Notes under the pieces: model-generated
What the model was told of the DNA's origin: nothing
Database searches by the model: none
The model's input: the letters and a program-made list of their open reading frames with translations, nothing else
Shown: piece after piece, positions 11,604-27,594 of the stretch
Layout of the letters: each line of letters opens with the position of its first letter
Position numbering within the stretch: position 1 is the stretch's first letter
Assembly (NCBI GenBank): GCA_049724395.1
Contig: JAUGWO010000069.1
Location: 372,001 to 436,000, forward strand
Direction of reading: 5' to 3'
DNA length: 64,000 nt
Origin: Spongospora subterranea f. sp. subterranea
Taxonomy: Eukaryota
Translations under genes and position numbers: made by a program

Positions 11604-13692
11604 TTACCAGCTCCTGGTGTTGTCTGGCGAAGCGCCGCCCCATATTGACGACGTTGACAGCATGTGGCCAAGCCCGAGGGAAACGGATGGCGCTTGGGGC
11701 CTGCCCTTGAATGATATCGGTGTCCTTTTCCAGTCTGAGTTTGGGGCTGTGACAATTTCGTCAGTGCTGTCAAGAATCGATGGCGCCATGAGCAACTTGT
11801 TTGTACTAGAGATGATGGAAGACATGTTCTGTTCCATAACAAATTCAGAAGATGCAACCGGAGGGAGTTTGCTCCTTGTTGCCCATGGACGAGGGGCAAT
11901 GGATGCTGGGCTTGCGGCAGATTGACGAACTGGAAACAGGCTTGTCCTCAAAATCATATTGTCGTTTAGGGTAGTCAAGTCTTGAGTCGCTGGTACCACA
12001 GCCGATGATGTAGCTGGTGTCGTTTCACTAACCGACGCTTTCCAACGTCCTTGAACCACGACCCATTGACGAAGTTTCTGAATCATTTTTGCACTGGTAG
12101 CATCACGACTCCCATCTGTCAATTGTCTGGATTAACAACTTGATATCTCGAGCAACGTCGTCCCAGAATTCCAGGTTCGCCAGCCTGCTTGGTCCAGATG
12201 ACAAATTCCAAATTCTTGTAAGTGGAATGAAGGTGAACGTAGACTTCTCAGCAGTAGGTGTCATCGAATACGCTTGACATATCTTTGGCATATGTTTTCC
12301 GAAGTCAGAAGCATAGGAAGCAGATTTCAAAACAGCCGAGGTATGATACCCGGTCAATCTGAATGCCAACTGTTCATTCATGTCAGTAAACCAGCGCCAA
12401 CAAATGTCGAATCGCCGAGCGTGAGAAGCCAAATGTAACGCGAGACCACATGGATAACGGTTGAGAAATTGTAGATGGCGATCGATACACCAACGGACCC
12501 GTTCAAACCAAAGGGTTCTGCCTCGAGGTACCGTTTCCTGGAAATAGCCAAAGCTGCAGAGATGGACCGTTTCGCTGAATACTTGTTTACTCATCGCCTC
12601 AGTTGAACTTGCAATCTGCCAGCCGAGTTTGTATCGGCCATTATCAGAGCACTTCCTTAAAATGGTACTTGCAAGATGACAAGCTGCAGCAGAGCCTGGA
12701 GAGAGGAGTTCCAGTATGAAAGACGCCCCTTCTTCATCGTAATAGTCGTCAGACGATTTTGCTGTAACAGACATGACCTTGTTTAACACTTCGTCTTTTT
12801 CGTTATAGAGATGATCATACATCATCTGCAATGACAGTTTGTCGAGTTGGTCAAGGTTGGATTCCAGCATGAACCGGTACATATCAAATATGGATTGAGT
12901 ATCGCCGCTGTTGATAGCCATGCGAATCAGAGTGTTGTACGCGACATAACCCCAATCGCTTGATTGGCAAACAAGCTTGAAGGTCGACACAGCTGTTTCC
13001 AGGGAACACGACGGTAGTGATGCGATCAAACGGTGGACAGACCGGTCGCCAAGCATATACCCGATCATGTCTGGGTCGGAATCCGTTAGCGAAAGAAGAA
13101 TACGTAAAGCTTCTTCAGAGTGAGACGCTGACAGCTTCAGGAACAATGAAGACACTGGTCTCAACGCCAGAACACTTTGTTTGAGAAACTGTATCGCTTC
13201 GATGGGTCCTACGTCTGATTTGATGTGAGCGCGGCGTGTCAGAAATGAGTCGAGCATCTCGTAGGTAACGTAAGGGGCATCATTGTTCCATGAGCCCAAA
13301 CTTGCTAGGCATTCCGAAAACTGATCGCGGTTGAACATTGTCGGAGACGGGAACACTAGTAGCATCGTAAAACAGCAGCGCAAAGGAGCCTTGGGAGAAA
13401 CCGAGAACTGCCCTGCCTTGATGACAGCATTGATTGCATTTTTGGCTAGGTTTGAAAATCGAATCATTTTTTCGAAATTTACAATATGCTCGCTCCCTGA
13501 ACCTTGTAACAAACACTTTATGCGGACAACCAAAGGGTCCTCGTACAGATCGATGAATCGGGACCAGTCGGATGAAAATTGTGGAATGGATGTCCAGTCC
13601 TTGTTGGGGGAAGGTCGTGTCAACTCCAAACTAAAATGGAAAGGAGTTACTGCTTGGGCGAGTTCGTCTGACATTTTGGAGGAAGAGTCCAT
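11604..13692 (-). CDS. Pentatricopeptide-repeat-like helical-repeat protein (probably organellar RNA binding)
   Basis: 529-aa ORF with PPR-like VAYNTLIRMAINSGDTQSIFDMYRFM, continued by a 172-aa ORF after a 1-nt frame change near 12125; the true start may lie upstream. Confidence 0.5.
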
Positions 13693-14160
13693 AGCTGAGA
13701 TTGTTTGAGGACGGAAAAGGTTTGAAGTAGAGGAGTTTCCGAGAGAATTTGCACAGAACAGTGTTCCGTCGAATGCTATTGTTCAGTAAGATTGAAAATT
13801 TCGAATGATTTGTCTAGCGAAAAATCAGTCTGCACATTCTACAACCGGAACTACAGATAAAACCAGGAACCACATCGTGACTCATCAAAGTAGATGATTC
13901 ACGTTCGCAAATCAAAATCTACATTCCGGAAGGCAAAACGCTTTCAACTGAGACAGCGCCTTATTGAGAAATATCGCAGTGGCGGACAACATACATGACG
14001 CGCGTTGTTGAAACATTTCAGTATAATAACGCTGATGAAAATCGCTAAGCAGTACAATGATGTGTGGGTCCCGGCATTCAGCCTGCCATCGTGGTGTTTA
14101 CAACATCAGATTGAATTAAATAAACACGATATCCCTGCGTGCACAGATGCTTGTTGACAG

Positions 14161-16405
14161 TCAAAATTCAAAATAAGGCCGAAATAACTCCGGATCTTTT
14201 TTGTCAACGAGCGAGAAGAACTCAGGCGGGCAGTTCATCGAAGCGAGCGTGATGTTGAGATAACTCCATACATGGTCTGCACGCGGACTGCGCGAAAGCG
14301 TCGCCAAATACGATTGAGCAGCTTCCCTGTGCATTCCTAGACAGCGATTAAAGCAAATATTATAATTATGAGCATAAGCACCTTGATTTGCAAAGCTGAT
14401 TCCTAAATTAGCTAGTGCACGTACATAATTGGGTTTCAGCTCGAGTGCTCTGCAATATTCTTATTAAACCCGTTGAAGTTGAATGTAAGCCTAGCTACCT
14501 TCTATATGAATGCACTGCAAGCTGACTTTGAGAACCGTTCGCTTGACTGGCACCCAATTTGTTCCATAACGACGCGTCATTAGGATTTAATTGAACTGCT
14601 TTTGAAAAGGACTCAAACGCCATTGTGAAATCACCTGATATATTATACAGCACACCAAGAGCAGTGTGGATGTTGACATCGTTCGGGCTGAAAGATGCCG
14701 CCTTTGAAAACATTTCGATAACTTGGCTAGTAAGATTTCCAGGGGAACCGCATGTTCCGTAAAGTGCAGAAAAATCGTCCGATTGCACAGACGCACCGGC
14801 AGAATGAGACATAAACTGAAAATTTGGATTGTTTTCAAGCCATGATTTGAGTGCATCAAGCGCTCTTGTCTGAATTCAGCGGTTGTCAGACGATAGAATA
14901 ACCTGGAAGCAGATGTACCTGATCTAGATCGTTAGTGTGGCTAACTCCTAACATTAAAAGTGAATCCAAATTATAAGGGTCCAGATCAAGAGCAGTGGAA
15001 AGCGCCGCAATACACTGACTATCGTTCTCATTCTCCGCATTGCATTGGCCTAATAACCTCCACGCATTCTGAGAAAAGAATGAGAAAAAAAGAGCAGGAA
15101 AAGTAGTTTCTTACCAAGTTTTCCCGGGAACGCTGAACTTCTGCTTCAAAGGCTAGAATAGCCTCTGATAAGCTATCCGTTTTCATGAGGGCGATGCCTT
15201 TTTCCATGGCATTTCCATCGTGTAAATAAGGATTCTGTTCAGCAAAGACATACGCAGGGCACTTAGAGATAACAGGAACTTCATCCCTTTTTTCATGCAG
15301 CGAATTAGCATATTCTTTCCAATCAAAATGTTCGAAATCATCAATCCAGTTATCATCATGTTCAATGCCTTCCGTAATTGCCGTCGTTTCCGTTTCAGTC
15401 AAACCCAATGTCGCCGGTGAACTGTTGTGCCCACGTATTCTCGTCGCTGGACGCATCAGCAAACTGTGCTCCCCACGAACGGTCACTTTGCTGCTGATCG
15501 AATTCGCTAGCCCAATGACTACGACACAGACCGTAAACCAAGGCGGACCACTGGATAGATAATTCGTCTTACGATCCAAAGGTATCAATCTTCGATTCGG
15601 CTAAAGGTACAATTTCTTTGACACAATTGCTAGCTTCATCAAGAACAATTTCCCCAGCTTCTAGCTGCAAAGTCATTGTTAAATGCGAGATTAAAGAAAA
15701 CAACAACATTATACTCGCGAAAGGAATTGGACAAACTTCGAATTGCGAACTTTTTCATTGGAGCTGGTTTGAAGTTTCCTGAGCATTGATAAATCCAAAG
15801 GCGCTCCTTGCTGAGGTATTGCTTCTCGTGATTGATTTGAGAATTGTTCGACCCATGCGTTAGCAGGGGCTTCTCTTGTTGTCTGATTATGGAACTGATC
15901 CACCCACCCATGATGTTCTGTAAGATTGCTCGATTGATCAAAACCACGGGAGAAAAACCGGGGCAGACCTGTGTGAGCTAAAGGCCCCGATATGAACTGA
16001 TCAGCCCAAACATTGGGATTTTGTATTTGAGACCGCATGTTCTGAATGTTCCAATTTTGGAACTGCTGCACTAGATCAGGACCTGAATGAAAGGGAAAAT
16101 GATGCGGTTCATGGGCGAATGCGGACTCTGGTAGAAGATAAAATGAGACCAGAAACACAATTCCAAAAGATACCCATTTTACCGAACTGGACAACTTGAT
16201 TATTGTCACATGGAGCCGCGAGTTCATGTTCATGCACGAACTGATCCGCATTGAACCCATCCTGAGGCCCATGGATCTCGCTGAAAGGCGAGCGTGACTC
16301 CTGGAGCGACGATGGCGCAGCGAGTGTGACTTGACTAGCGAGCTGACTCAGACCTGATTGTTGTCCACATTCCCCGGACGAGATCAAGTTCGCTATCGCC
16401 GACAT
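14161..16405 (-). CDS. PEX5: Peroxisomal targeting signal 1 receptor
   Basis: N-terminal conserved Cys (SGECG), WxxxF motifs (WADQF, WVDQF, WVEQF, WIDDF), KVRNSKFVQFL, TPRs (LWNKLGASQANG) and C-terminus ELFRPYFEF*. Confidence 0.93.
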
Positions 16406-16933
16406 TAGCTACTAATAGCTTTGGAAATCTGTAAAGCGTTTTTTTGTATATTTGACACGGCGCAGCCCATCACCCACCGTATGTAACTGTGGTACGGCAC
16501 CAAGTTGCCCTCAGTCGTGATGGCAGTCGTCATGTTGCTGATGTTTTCGCAATGTTGAGCCCGATGAACAACGTCCTACCACGATCGTGTGTTTGGGGAG
16601 GGTGATGTGTATCGATACCCATCCTGGATGGCGTTTCCTAGTTCCTAGCCGCACGCGGTCGACCACCGGGTTTTGCCGAATTTTATTCCATATATAAATA
16701 AACGGTCGTATTTGTCTGTGTCAATGACGTTTATCAGAGTATCATCGGTATCGAAATGATTTCCCGTAACAAGCAGAGTGCGTTACAACTGTCGTAGGAG
16801 TTTTTAGGTGGTGGAGAACTCTCCATCATCTGATCGACTAAACAGATCGCTATATAGAGCGCCGCGCATCATTACGGTTCGCCCCTCCTGCCGAGCACGT
16901 GGTGGCGGCGATCTGGTCCCCCTGGGTGTCGCG

Positions 16934-19900
16934 ATGGGCTCGAGTCTAGATCACGCCATGCTTAAGAGGCTGGCCGATTCTCCGCCGCCGGCCACATTAC
17001 CCCCCGAAATCAACTCAGAGGAGTCGTTACGTATGTTGATTGCAATGATATGCCAAGAAAGCGACTGTAAATCTCGAACCATGGATCCGCCGCCTGCTTG
17101 CCGGCGATTCTGACGTGCAACAATTTTTTTCCACACTCGCCAGCGTATTCCCCTTCATCGATGTCTGTTCCGATACACCTTTTGAGATTTCCTTAATCAG
17201 GTTAATACGTCAACAGTTTGTGCATATGCGTTTAGGCCGGATGAACCAGCTTATCAGTGTTCAACCTGTGGTGTGGATCCAACCTGTATTCAATGTGCAA
17301 CCTGCTTCAGATTAGCAGATCATACAGGGCACAAGATCAAGATGACCCATGCCGGTAATTTTCCAATTCGTTATTGGTAGCCGTCGAATTTTAATTTCGG
17401 TTTGTCAAGGTGGAGGAGGGCTTTGTGATTGTGGTGATCTCAGTAGTTGGGCTGAAGACGGCGTCTGTTCCCGTCATGCAAGGTCCAATGTGAATCCCGA
17501 CGCTGGTTCTATGGAGCTTTCTGAACAAACCAGCCGCGTTCTTGACTGCATTGTAACGTTCGTATTTGATTGTGTAGCTCAAATCAACGATCACTCCATG
17601 ATTGATGACGAAATGGTGGCTTTTTTAAGTCCCTCGGCGCCATACGTTATTCATCTCTGCAACGATAGTGTGCACACATTCGATGAAGTTGTCGGGCATC
17701 TTCATGAGTTTGTCGGCCTTTCGCGACCTACCGGACTCAGCATTGCCTTGAAGGTTGATTATTTCCAACGGTGCATATTTGCGAATGGCACTGAACAGCA
17801 ATTGCTCTCACTACGTGACGTGTTCATTGGTTTTGGGATTGACACTGTAATAACTGTTCGTCCAAAATTTCTTTGTACCGAGTCTCAGATTGTTTCCGTA
17901 ATCAAAATCCTTACTGATTTATGCGCTGCATCTGATTCCATTCGCTGTGCAATCGCACAGCAGCTATCATTTAGCCGCGAATCAATACCACATGGTAGTT
18001 ATATGTCAAGTTTGATGCACGCTTCGCATACTTTTTCTCTCGCGTTGACCCAAACCATGTTCCCGTTTCATTTCCAGCTGTTTATTTTAATGGATTTCAA
18101 AGAAAAGTTCACACTTAGCTTTACCAAAGACTACGCCGATTTTACTGAAAACGCAATGCGACCCTCTCAGAACGGCGGCAGGTCGGTACTTGACTATTCA
18201 GTTCAGTTGTATACTATTCCGGATATGGTCTTGCGTCTTTGCCAAACGCAGAACTTACTAGGGTCGTTTTTGGAAACATTTCAAGCAATGTTGATAGCAA
18301 GGCTTACTGGTACCAACGTGGGAGGTACGGAACCGATGATGAGACCAGATAGTGAAGACGAAGGGCTCGTGGCGCCAGCATTACGAGATCTCTCGTATAT
18401 AGTGGGTAATAACGGAGTCTGTGAGTATATTTACAGGTCTCGCCCCGATATTTTTTTGCGTTGGCTGGACGTGCTTCATCATCTCGAGGGTAGAGATATG
18501 CAGATCAGGCAACAGGGGTCCCACGTTGAATATGAAAGTCTCAAATGGTGGTTAATGTTTAGCAGTACAATGCGAGTATATACAGTGAGCAAAGTTATCC
18601 TGGGTTATCTTGAGACAAGATGGGTGCCAGAAGACTTGAAGCGCATCATTGTTCCGGTCATTGGCCACTTTATGGTGGGTTTCCAATTTGAAGAACTCAG
18701 TTCTAACGTCAGTTGAGGTGCAACGGCTATGCTTCTCATGCGCTAATAATCTTTTTACAGAAATTAGAAATCGGTTCGGGTTTTGTTTGTCCTATCTTCA
18801 ACATTTTCAATGACCCAGTGTCATTTCATTATCCCCTTCGCCGATTCATTATTGAGCTTGTCAGCAGTTTTTGTATCAAAACTGCGATCCCTGTATCGTC
18901 GTGCTTGTCGAGCACAGATTTGATCCCCGTGGCCGACTATCTCATGCGTGCCACCGCATTGGCCGCCCACATTCGTTCAGAAACCTGGGTGTTGAACGGA
19001 AGCATGATGATGCGACAAGCTATGACATATGACCGGGTTAGAGCAAGAGATGTAATGTTTGAGTCAGATTTACTTGCCTTCCAATGTTGTGCTACCGTTA
19101 TGGGGGGCGAGGCTTTTTTGATCATGCTCTCCTATCGTTTCATGGTTCAGGATGTGGTATTTCCCGCAAGACCTCGACCTCCCCTATTGGACGCAGTTTC
19201 GCTGACCAAGTATGTTTCAATCGTGGAGTTATTTCTTTCCGTCGTTATGGGTGTAATTGTGGAACGCTTTCGGATTTGTGAAAATCGGAATTGCGGACTT
19301 GATCGCGACATCGTTCATTTTCTTCTGCTAGAGGATTTGACACATAGTGACTTGCTCAGCCGTTTGAATCAGGATACTTCCATTGACATCGATAAAGCTT
19401 TGCAAAGGCTCGCAAAGTTTGTCGTCCCTAATAGCCTTGATCAAGGCAAGTTTCAGGTCAAGCGGGAAGCGGTTTTGCAGCATTTTGATCCTGGTTTTTC
19501 GAAATATGACAGGAGTCAACGCCAAGATGCAATAACACGATTTTCGTTGCTCTGTTCTACAGAACCGAAAGCTACCGTCACGATACCGAGCTTACCTTTA
19601 CCTGCACCTAGTTTCATCGCATTGTTTGATTTGTTTTCATTGAAGTGTCTATTCGTAATGTTATCCATGGTAGACGTTGTGCAGGTTACCGAAATCATAG
19701 TTAAAATCATGCTTAGGTGCTGTCCAACCAATCATTTCTTACTTCTTGCTCGCTGTACTCCATTCTTCGAATCATCTCGGCCGGCGTTCGCGACGCCCAA
19801 AATTTTCCACACTGTTTTCCAGTTGAGGAATTCATCTGCTGTTTAACTGCACCTGTATGTTCCGAAAATCGCAGTATATTCCAAAATCTGTGCGATTTAG

Positions 19901-21965
19901 TTCTTGAGGTAAGCGGGAATCGAAATTGCAAATTCTCTGTGCGTATATTCTGGTTTTTAGGATGTTCCGTCGGCAAGAAGTCACGTGGACTACATCAAGC
20001 TTGTGATATCAGAGCTATGCATGATCAGTCCAGAGTGTGCTACATTCGCTGGTCCCATGTTTGCAGCGGCTGCAGAAGCGGAACAGCAAGAAGAAATCAA
20101 GAAAAACGCTGACAAGCGGCGACTTCGTAAAGAATCTGCTCGCGCTCTGGCTCTCAGTCGGATAAACGAGCAAATCAGGGATTTCTCGAATGCGAACTCA
20201 AGTTCACTTGAAGAACTTTCCAACAATGATGCGTTGCAAACAGGCCATACCTGTATCTGTAAGAAGCTCGCGTTTGAGAAAAGATTCAATACTGATGAGG
20301 CGACAGTATGTAGGTCGAACGACTGTCAAGAGGATATAGGCCTGTTGTCATGGATCGGCAAATGCCGCTTGTCTGATTTTTTGCTGTGTAGCTCGGAACG
20401 CTGTAGAAAGAGGCCCCGGTCAACCGGTTTTTCGACACCAAAGATAATGTATTCCCGCGATTGTGGACACGCAATGCATTATGCCTGTTACAGTCGCCTC
20501 CTAGCGTCATTATTGCAGTTAAGAGCTACTGCAGAGCATTATGAAGGAATTCATGTTGTTGACATCTCCAACGGCGAAATAACGTGTCCTCTTTGTAAAT
20601 GTCATGCCAACACTCTTTTGCCCTGCCAACCGTCTACGTTGGTGTTGCCGCGATCTGCTGAACAGAATTGTGATACTTCACTGTTTCTAGCTTCTTACTT
20701 GCCATCACTTTGTGACCGGTACACAAATTTTGTTGGCACAACAGAGGACACCGAAGATATCGCCGACGTGGTGGTCCAATTTTCTTCACGTGTCAAAAAG
20801 CTTTACTCAGGCGGCGAACTTGATGGTGGTGTGATTTCGCTGATAGCAGATTACCTGCACGTTACAGATGTTCGGCATCGGGATAAATCGTTGCTTTCTC
20901 AAAGCGAACTTATGCACCTTCGCTGTTTGCTTGGAAATGCCGCTGAGTACGACTTGTTCAAATTCGTGAGATTGCGTCTAACGCTTGATTACAGTTACCT
21001 CAAATTTTCCGTGGATGAAACTTACATTGACAACTTTTTCTCTACCGTCTCTGATTTCACTCCTTGGGTTTCGACGAGAGTCAGGTTTCTTGTCCATTTT
21101 GCAGTTATGTTGATTTGCCTCGAGGAACCGGCGGAGGCCCTGCGTCGCCTTATAGTGATGGGGTTTTACTACTTACGTGATAAATCTGAATCCGCTACTG
21201 AAGCCGAATACAACGTGGTGCAGTACCGGCATGCTATAGACGTGGGAAACGCTGATGATTTGAGGTCAATGGCCGATTTATTTTCGGCATCTTTCCTCAG
21301 GCAAGCAGCAATATTGTTTTCTGCTTTACAAAGCAACCAATGCCTTGACCTATCATATTCGTCGCTGCTGACCTATTTCCGCATCAATTTGAAGAGATCC
21401 GGCACTCGAGAACTGCTTCAGCCTTTCGACGTTGCGCATGTACAACTTCCTCTCGCCTACGTATATCCGAAGTTAGCTCCCCTGCCTAAGTCGTTTCTTG
21501 AACTGTTCGATGCTGCCGCGAGGGCTTTGTGCTCGCTATGTAAGAGGGCCCCTAAACGAGCCTGTATCTGTTTGATATGTGGCGACATAATTTGTTCGGC
21601 TAAAGACTGTCGTGGCGGAAGAAGCGGTGCATTGTCGACACATACACGGCATTTTTGTGGCGACCAAGGTGCTTTTCTAATGATATCGATCGTAAGAATG
21701 CCCTTTTTTTTCAATTATGTGTCTAATTGTTTCTGATTTTCAGGGATCTGTTATTGTTATTTGTGACGGATACTCTTGTGATTTTGCATCGCCTTATCTG
21801 GATGAGCATGGAGAAACTGATCGTGGCCTGCATCGTGGCCATCCTCTTCATCTGGACGCGCTGCGCTTGCGCCATCTCGAGCAAACTGTTTGCGGACTGG
21901 AAATCGGATCCTATGTTTCAAGAAAAAGGTGGTACTCCATATCACCTGCTAGAAACGCACTGTAA
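16934..21965 (+). CDS. UBR1: N-end-rule E3 ubiquitin ligase UBR1/UBR2/PRT6 family, multi-exon
   Basis: UBR box (AYQCSTCGVDPTCIQCATCF..GLCDCGD), ClpS-like NDSVHTFDEV, RING-H2 (CGHAMHYAC..CPLCK) and C-terminal CLICG..SPYLDEHGETDRGLHRG. Confidence 0.92.
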
Positions 21966-22526
21966 TTCATGATCGTTGCACATTGCCTATATTCATATGG
22001 TACTTTAATATATTACTTCATCTTTGCACCCATGTTGATCGTGCAAGCGAACTCTTTGGGATGTACCTGAAGTGGAACAGCTGTTTCAAGAATTGCAAAA
22101 CTCAGCTACATAGCAAAGTGCAAAATAAGAGGAATCAGAAACGTTTACGTCGGGTACACGAGTATTGGGGCTCTGACGTCTGCAAGACAATCCTTACTAA
22201 CTTTGCTTTCGGTGTCCAATCCCAAATTCAGTCCTCTGACAATCTTCAAACGTGTTTTGCGAATTAAAACTCCCGTTTACTAGAAAAACGGCAGAACGGA
22301 CGCTTTATAAGTTATCCCTGCCGGGTCCCTTGTTGGAAACCACAACCTTGTGGCCGATTCTCGCGTCCTCTGACCCACGGGTCAAGTCATTACAATTCAT
22401 TGTGGCTATGATATCAATGTGATGTGTTCTGACTCGTTTTACCGTAATAGCTGAAATTCGTCAACGGCAGCCCGTCATTTTTAAATCATCGATGATGAAC
22501 GACAGCGTGAAAATTTTAAATTGCAG

Positions 22527-22924
22527 CCATCGCCAACTACAACGCAATTCCAAACACGATCATAACCGATGTCGTGGAGACATTTCTTTGTCGATCGCGA
22601 GCACGCCGCTGGCCGTTGTCATTAAGAGCAAGCAACGTTTCCGGCGCCTTTGATATTCGGATTGTCTGGGATGATTTATCAGCTCGTCAACTATTCCAGG
22701 TATGGGCCAGAGATGACCGGCTGATCACGATGATGGATTCTCGGCAGTCCGCAATCAACTTGATGTTCGAGCTTTTGCATGATACCGACTGTTATTCCAT
22801 TTCCCTGCTGAATGCCGATTGTCCAATCCAGCCTAGAGTCCATCTCGAGAACACGCGTCGTGACGCTTCCAACATAGCTCATGAGCTCCTAACAATTGCA
22901 ATGTCTTCAATTTGTATCCATTAA
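22527..22924 (+). CDS. Hypothetical protein exon
   Basis: Open frame with globular-looking composition after a TTGCAG acceptor; no start codon or domain identified. Confidence 0.2.
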
Positions 22925-22992
22925 ACGCACCGTTTTGGATAGATTGACTAAAGAAAAAGTTTCAGAAATTTGGAGTGAAATCGCGTTCTTTT

Positions 22993-23628
22993 TTATGATA
23001 GAGGTTCAATATTAACTTTCAGTGTAGCGGTTTCTCCGCCATCCATGGCAACAGCAACCTCATGAACTCCCACACTTCGAAGTTCGCTGGTTTGGACCCG
23101 ATCAGGGCTAATGTCGATATTATACTTCTCGAACAAGAGGTTGGTGATGTCCGACCCTGTTTACCAACCGTTATACCATCTCGTTCCCAGATTGCAACCG
23201 ACACCCGTACCTGTTACTGACCCGTATAAATCCTGGTTTTGATTAACACGACACCTAGCTCGATTTTAGATGAAGCTGTCATTATAAGATAGAAACTGAT
23301 CTTACTTGAACTGAAGCTGAATTTGGGATAGTCTTCGTCGTGCATGTTCCGTTTGACGTTGTTGACGAATTTTTTCTAGCCGTTCATCACCTTTCTCAAT
23401 GGCATGCTTTTGCCGATTATCTGGTGTGGCATATAATGCCAGCCGTTGCGGAATGAGATGGTTGCGGGCAAATCCCGCCTTCACCGGATGAACTTCCCCC
23501 ACATAACCGAGCTGCGGAAAGTCTTTCACCAGAACGATGTCCACTCTAGGACGCGATCGGACGCCACGCGTAACGGCCCCAACTGGTGGGCGAATCGCTG
23601 GCTGAAATCTGGCTAATACCATGGACAT
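22993..23628 (-). CDS. MRPL9: Mitochondrial ribosomal protein bL9m
   Basis: Arg-rich presequence, VDIVLVKDFPQLGYVGEVHPVKAGFARNHLIPQRLALYATPDN, and C-domain LYGSVT..LRSVGVHEV; two introns. Confidence 0.88.
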
Positions 23629-24025
23629 GGCGCCAACTACCCAGCGATCACTGTAGGAAACATAAAATGTACACAGGTGAGAGGGTGACTTGATGTGACG
23701 CCAAAGAGTAGGGTTTATCACGGAGTCTAAGCGAAAGAATTGATCTACAATTTGATTTTGCAAAACCCCTTTGGTTAATTTGTCAAATAAAACCTTGTTT
23801 GAAAATGATTCTGGCAGGGGGTTGTCTATCTCGCACGGCACACCCAACAATAGCTTTTATGCACGTAGAGGCGATGTATTGCTGAACAGGTGCACAACGG
23901 GGTTTGGATATATGCTGTCTTTCTGTTGCGCATTGAGCGAAAGCCAGATTGATTATCGAAGCCGGCTATTCCAGATATTGGTGACCATTTTCGTGATCGG
24001 TCGGATTCTGCTAATCAAATCATGA

Positions 24026-24085
24026 CACTGTTTCATCTGGCAATGGCACTGTTTCATCTGGCAATGGCACTGTTTCATCTAGCAA
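24026..24085. repeat. 21-bp tandem repeat x3 (CACTGTTTCATCTGGCAATGG)
   Basis: Read directly from the sequence; the third copy is truncated and diverged. Confidence 0.9.
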
Positions 24086-24289
24086 CGATCGACGCATCAC
24101 AATGAAGCACCGCTAATTTTTCCTTGACGTTCTTTCCTAGCTGTTCAGTAGTACTAGTCTGCCACACGTTTTTTTTACTGCGACCTTCTCTCTGTAGACC
24201 GAATTGCAACCCTCGTGGTCTATCCCTTGTCATCACAAAAGACAGTATATATTGCGCACAACGCCCTGTTTCGATGCCTTCTTAAAAAA

Positions 24290-24780
24290 AAAGACGTTCA
24301 TCATAAGTGATGTCGGTACTAAGTCCTGAATATCGATTCGCTCGCATTTGAGCATGGTCCGTACTGTACGCTGGCATGTCGACAAGATGTATAAAAAATG
24401 CAAATCCGCTAGCCAGAGATCGCAGACAGTCGAATTCCCTTTTCCGAAACATAAGTTGGCACTTGATATGACGGTGGCGCTATAAATATAGGCCGTCATG
24501 GCTGCGATGGGTAAATGATCAGCCGAGAACCAGTCTCGGCTATCCGATAATTTAGAATCAGTATCAATGGGTAGGACTTTCGAGCTGTATTTGTGAAGTT
24601 CTCGCTATGCAGCAGGGGGGGATTTGGTGCGGGGAGACCCAAGCCTTTCGCATCAACTTTAGCCGAATCTGAACCAGGTCCGGAGTAAACCAGAGCATTA
24701 CGTAATGGATCAGGTCGGTACGGTTTGACAAGACGATAATAAGGGACAGGGATGGCATCGATGCAGCCCGCTCGAAACAC
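24290..24780 (-). CDS. Hypothetical Pro/Tyr-rich protein, multi-exon
   Basis: ORF with PYRPDPLRN..NFTNTARKSY and downstream open segments; composition resembles ciliary microtubule-inner proteins, but this is not established. Confidence 0.2.
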
Positions 24781-24802
24781 GAATTAGACTGAGCGCGTTT
24801 CT

Positions 24803-27239
<2,437 letters not shown>

Positions 27240-27594
27240 TCACAATGAGCGTCATTTGTCCTCTGGTTCTCGCTGCAGTGAAATGGCAGGTACGCTAGGT
27301 AACACGAGTCTGACTGGTGTAACAGGGTATAAGGGTACATAACAAAAGAGGAAACGCAAATTCGTCGAGTGACCGGCGATCTGGCGTCGGCAAAGGCTTC
27401 CAGAGAGCACCACACGACAGGCAGAAAATGTGGATCTGAGAGAGCGAGATTGTCGGTTGGAATTCCCCTACAATACACAGCACTGGAGTTTCTCCTGATT
27501 CCGATATCGTTGACAAAAGCGGTTTGGAATTGGCGATGATCGGGGTCTGGGCTTGTTTTCAATTGTTTTACGGAAGACCAGAAGGCGATCGTAG

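Noticed and set aside
22492..22575. ATGATGA box-C-like motif suggesting a C/D snoRNA
   Set aside because: No CTGA box D at a suitable distance and no terminal stem.
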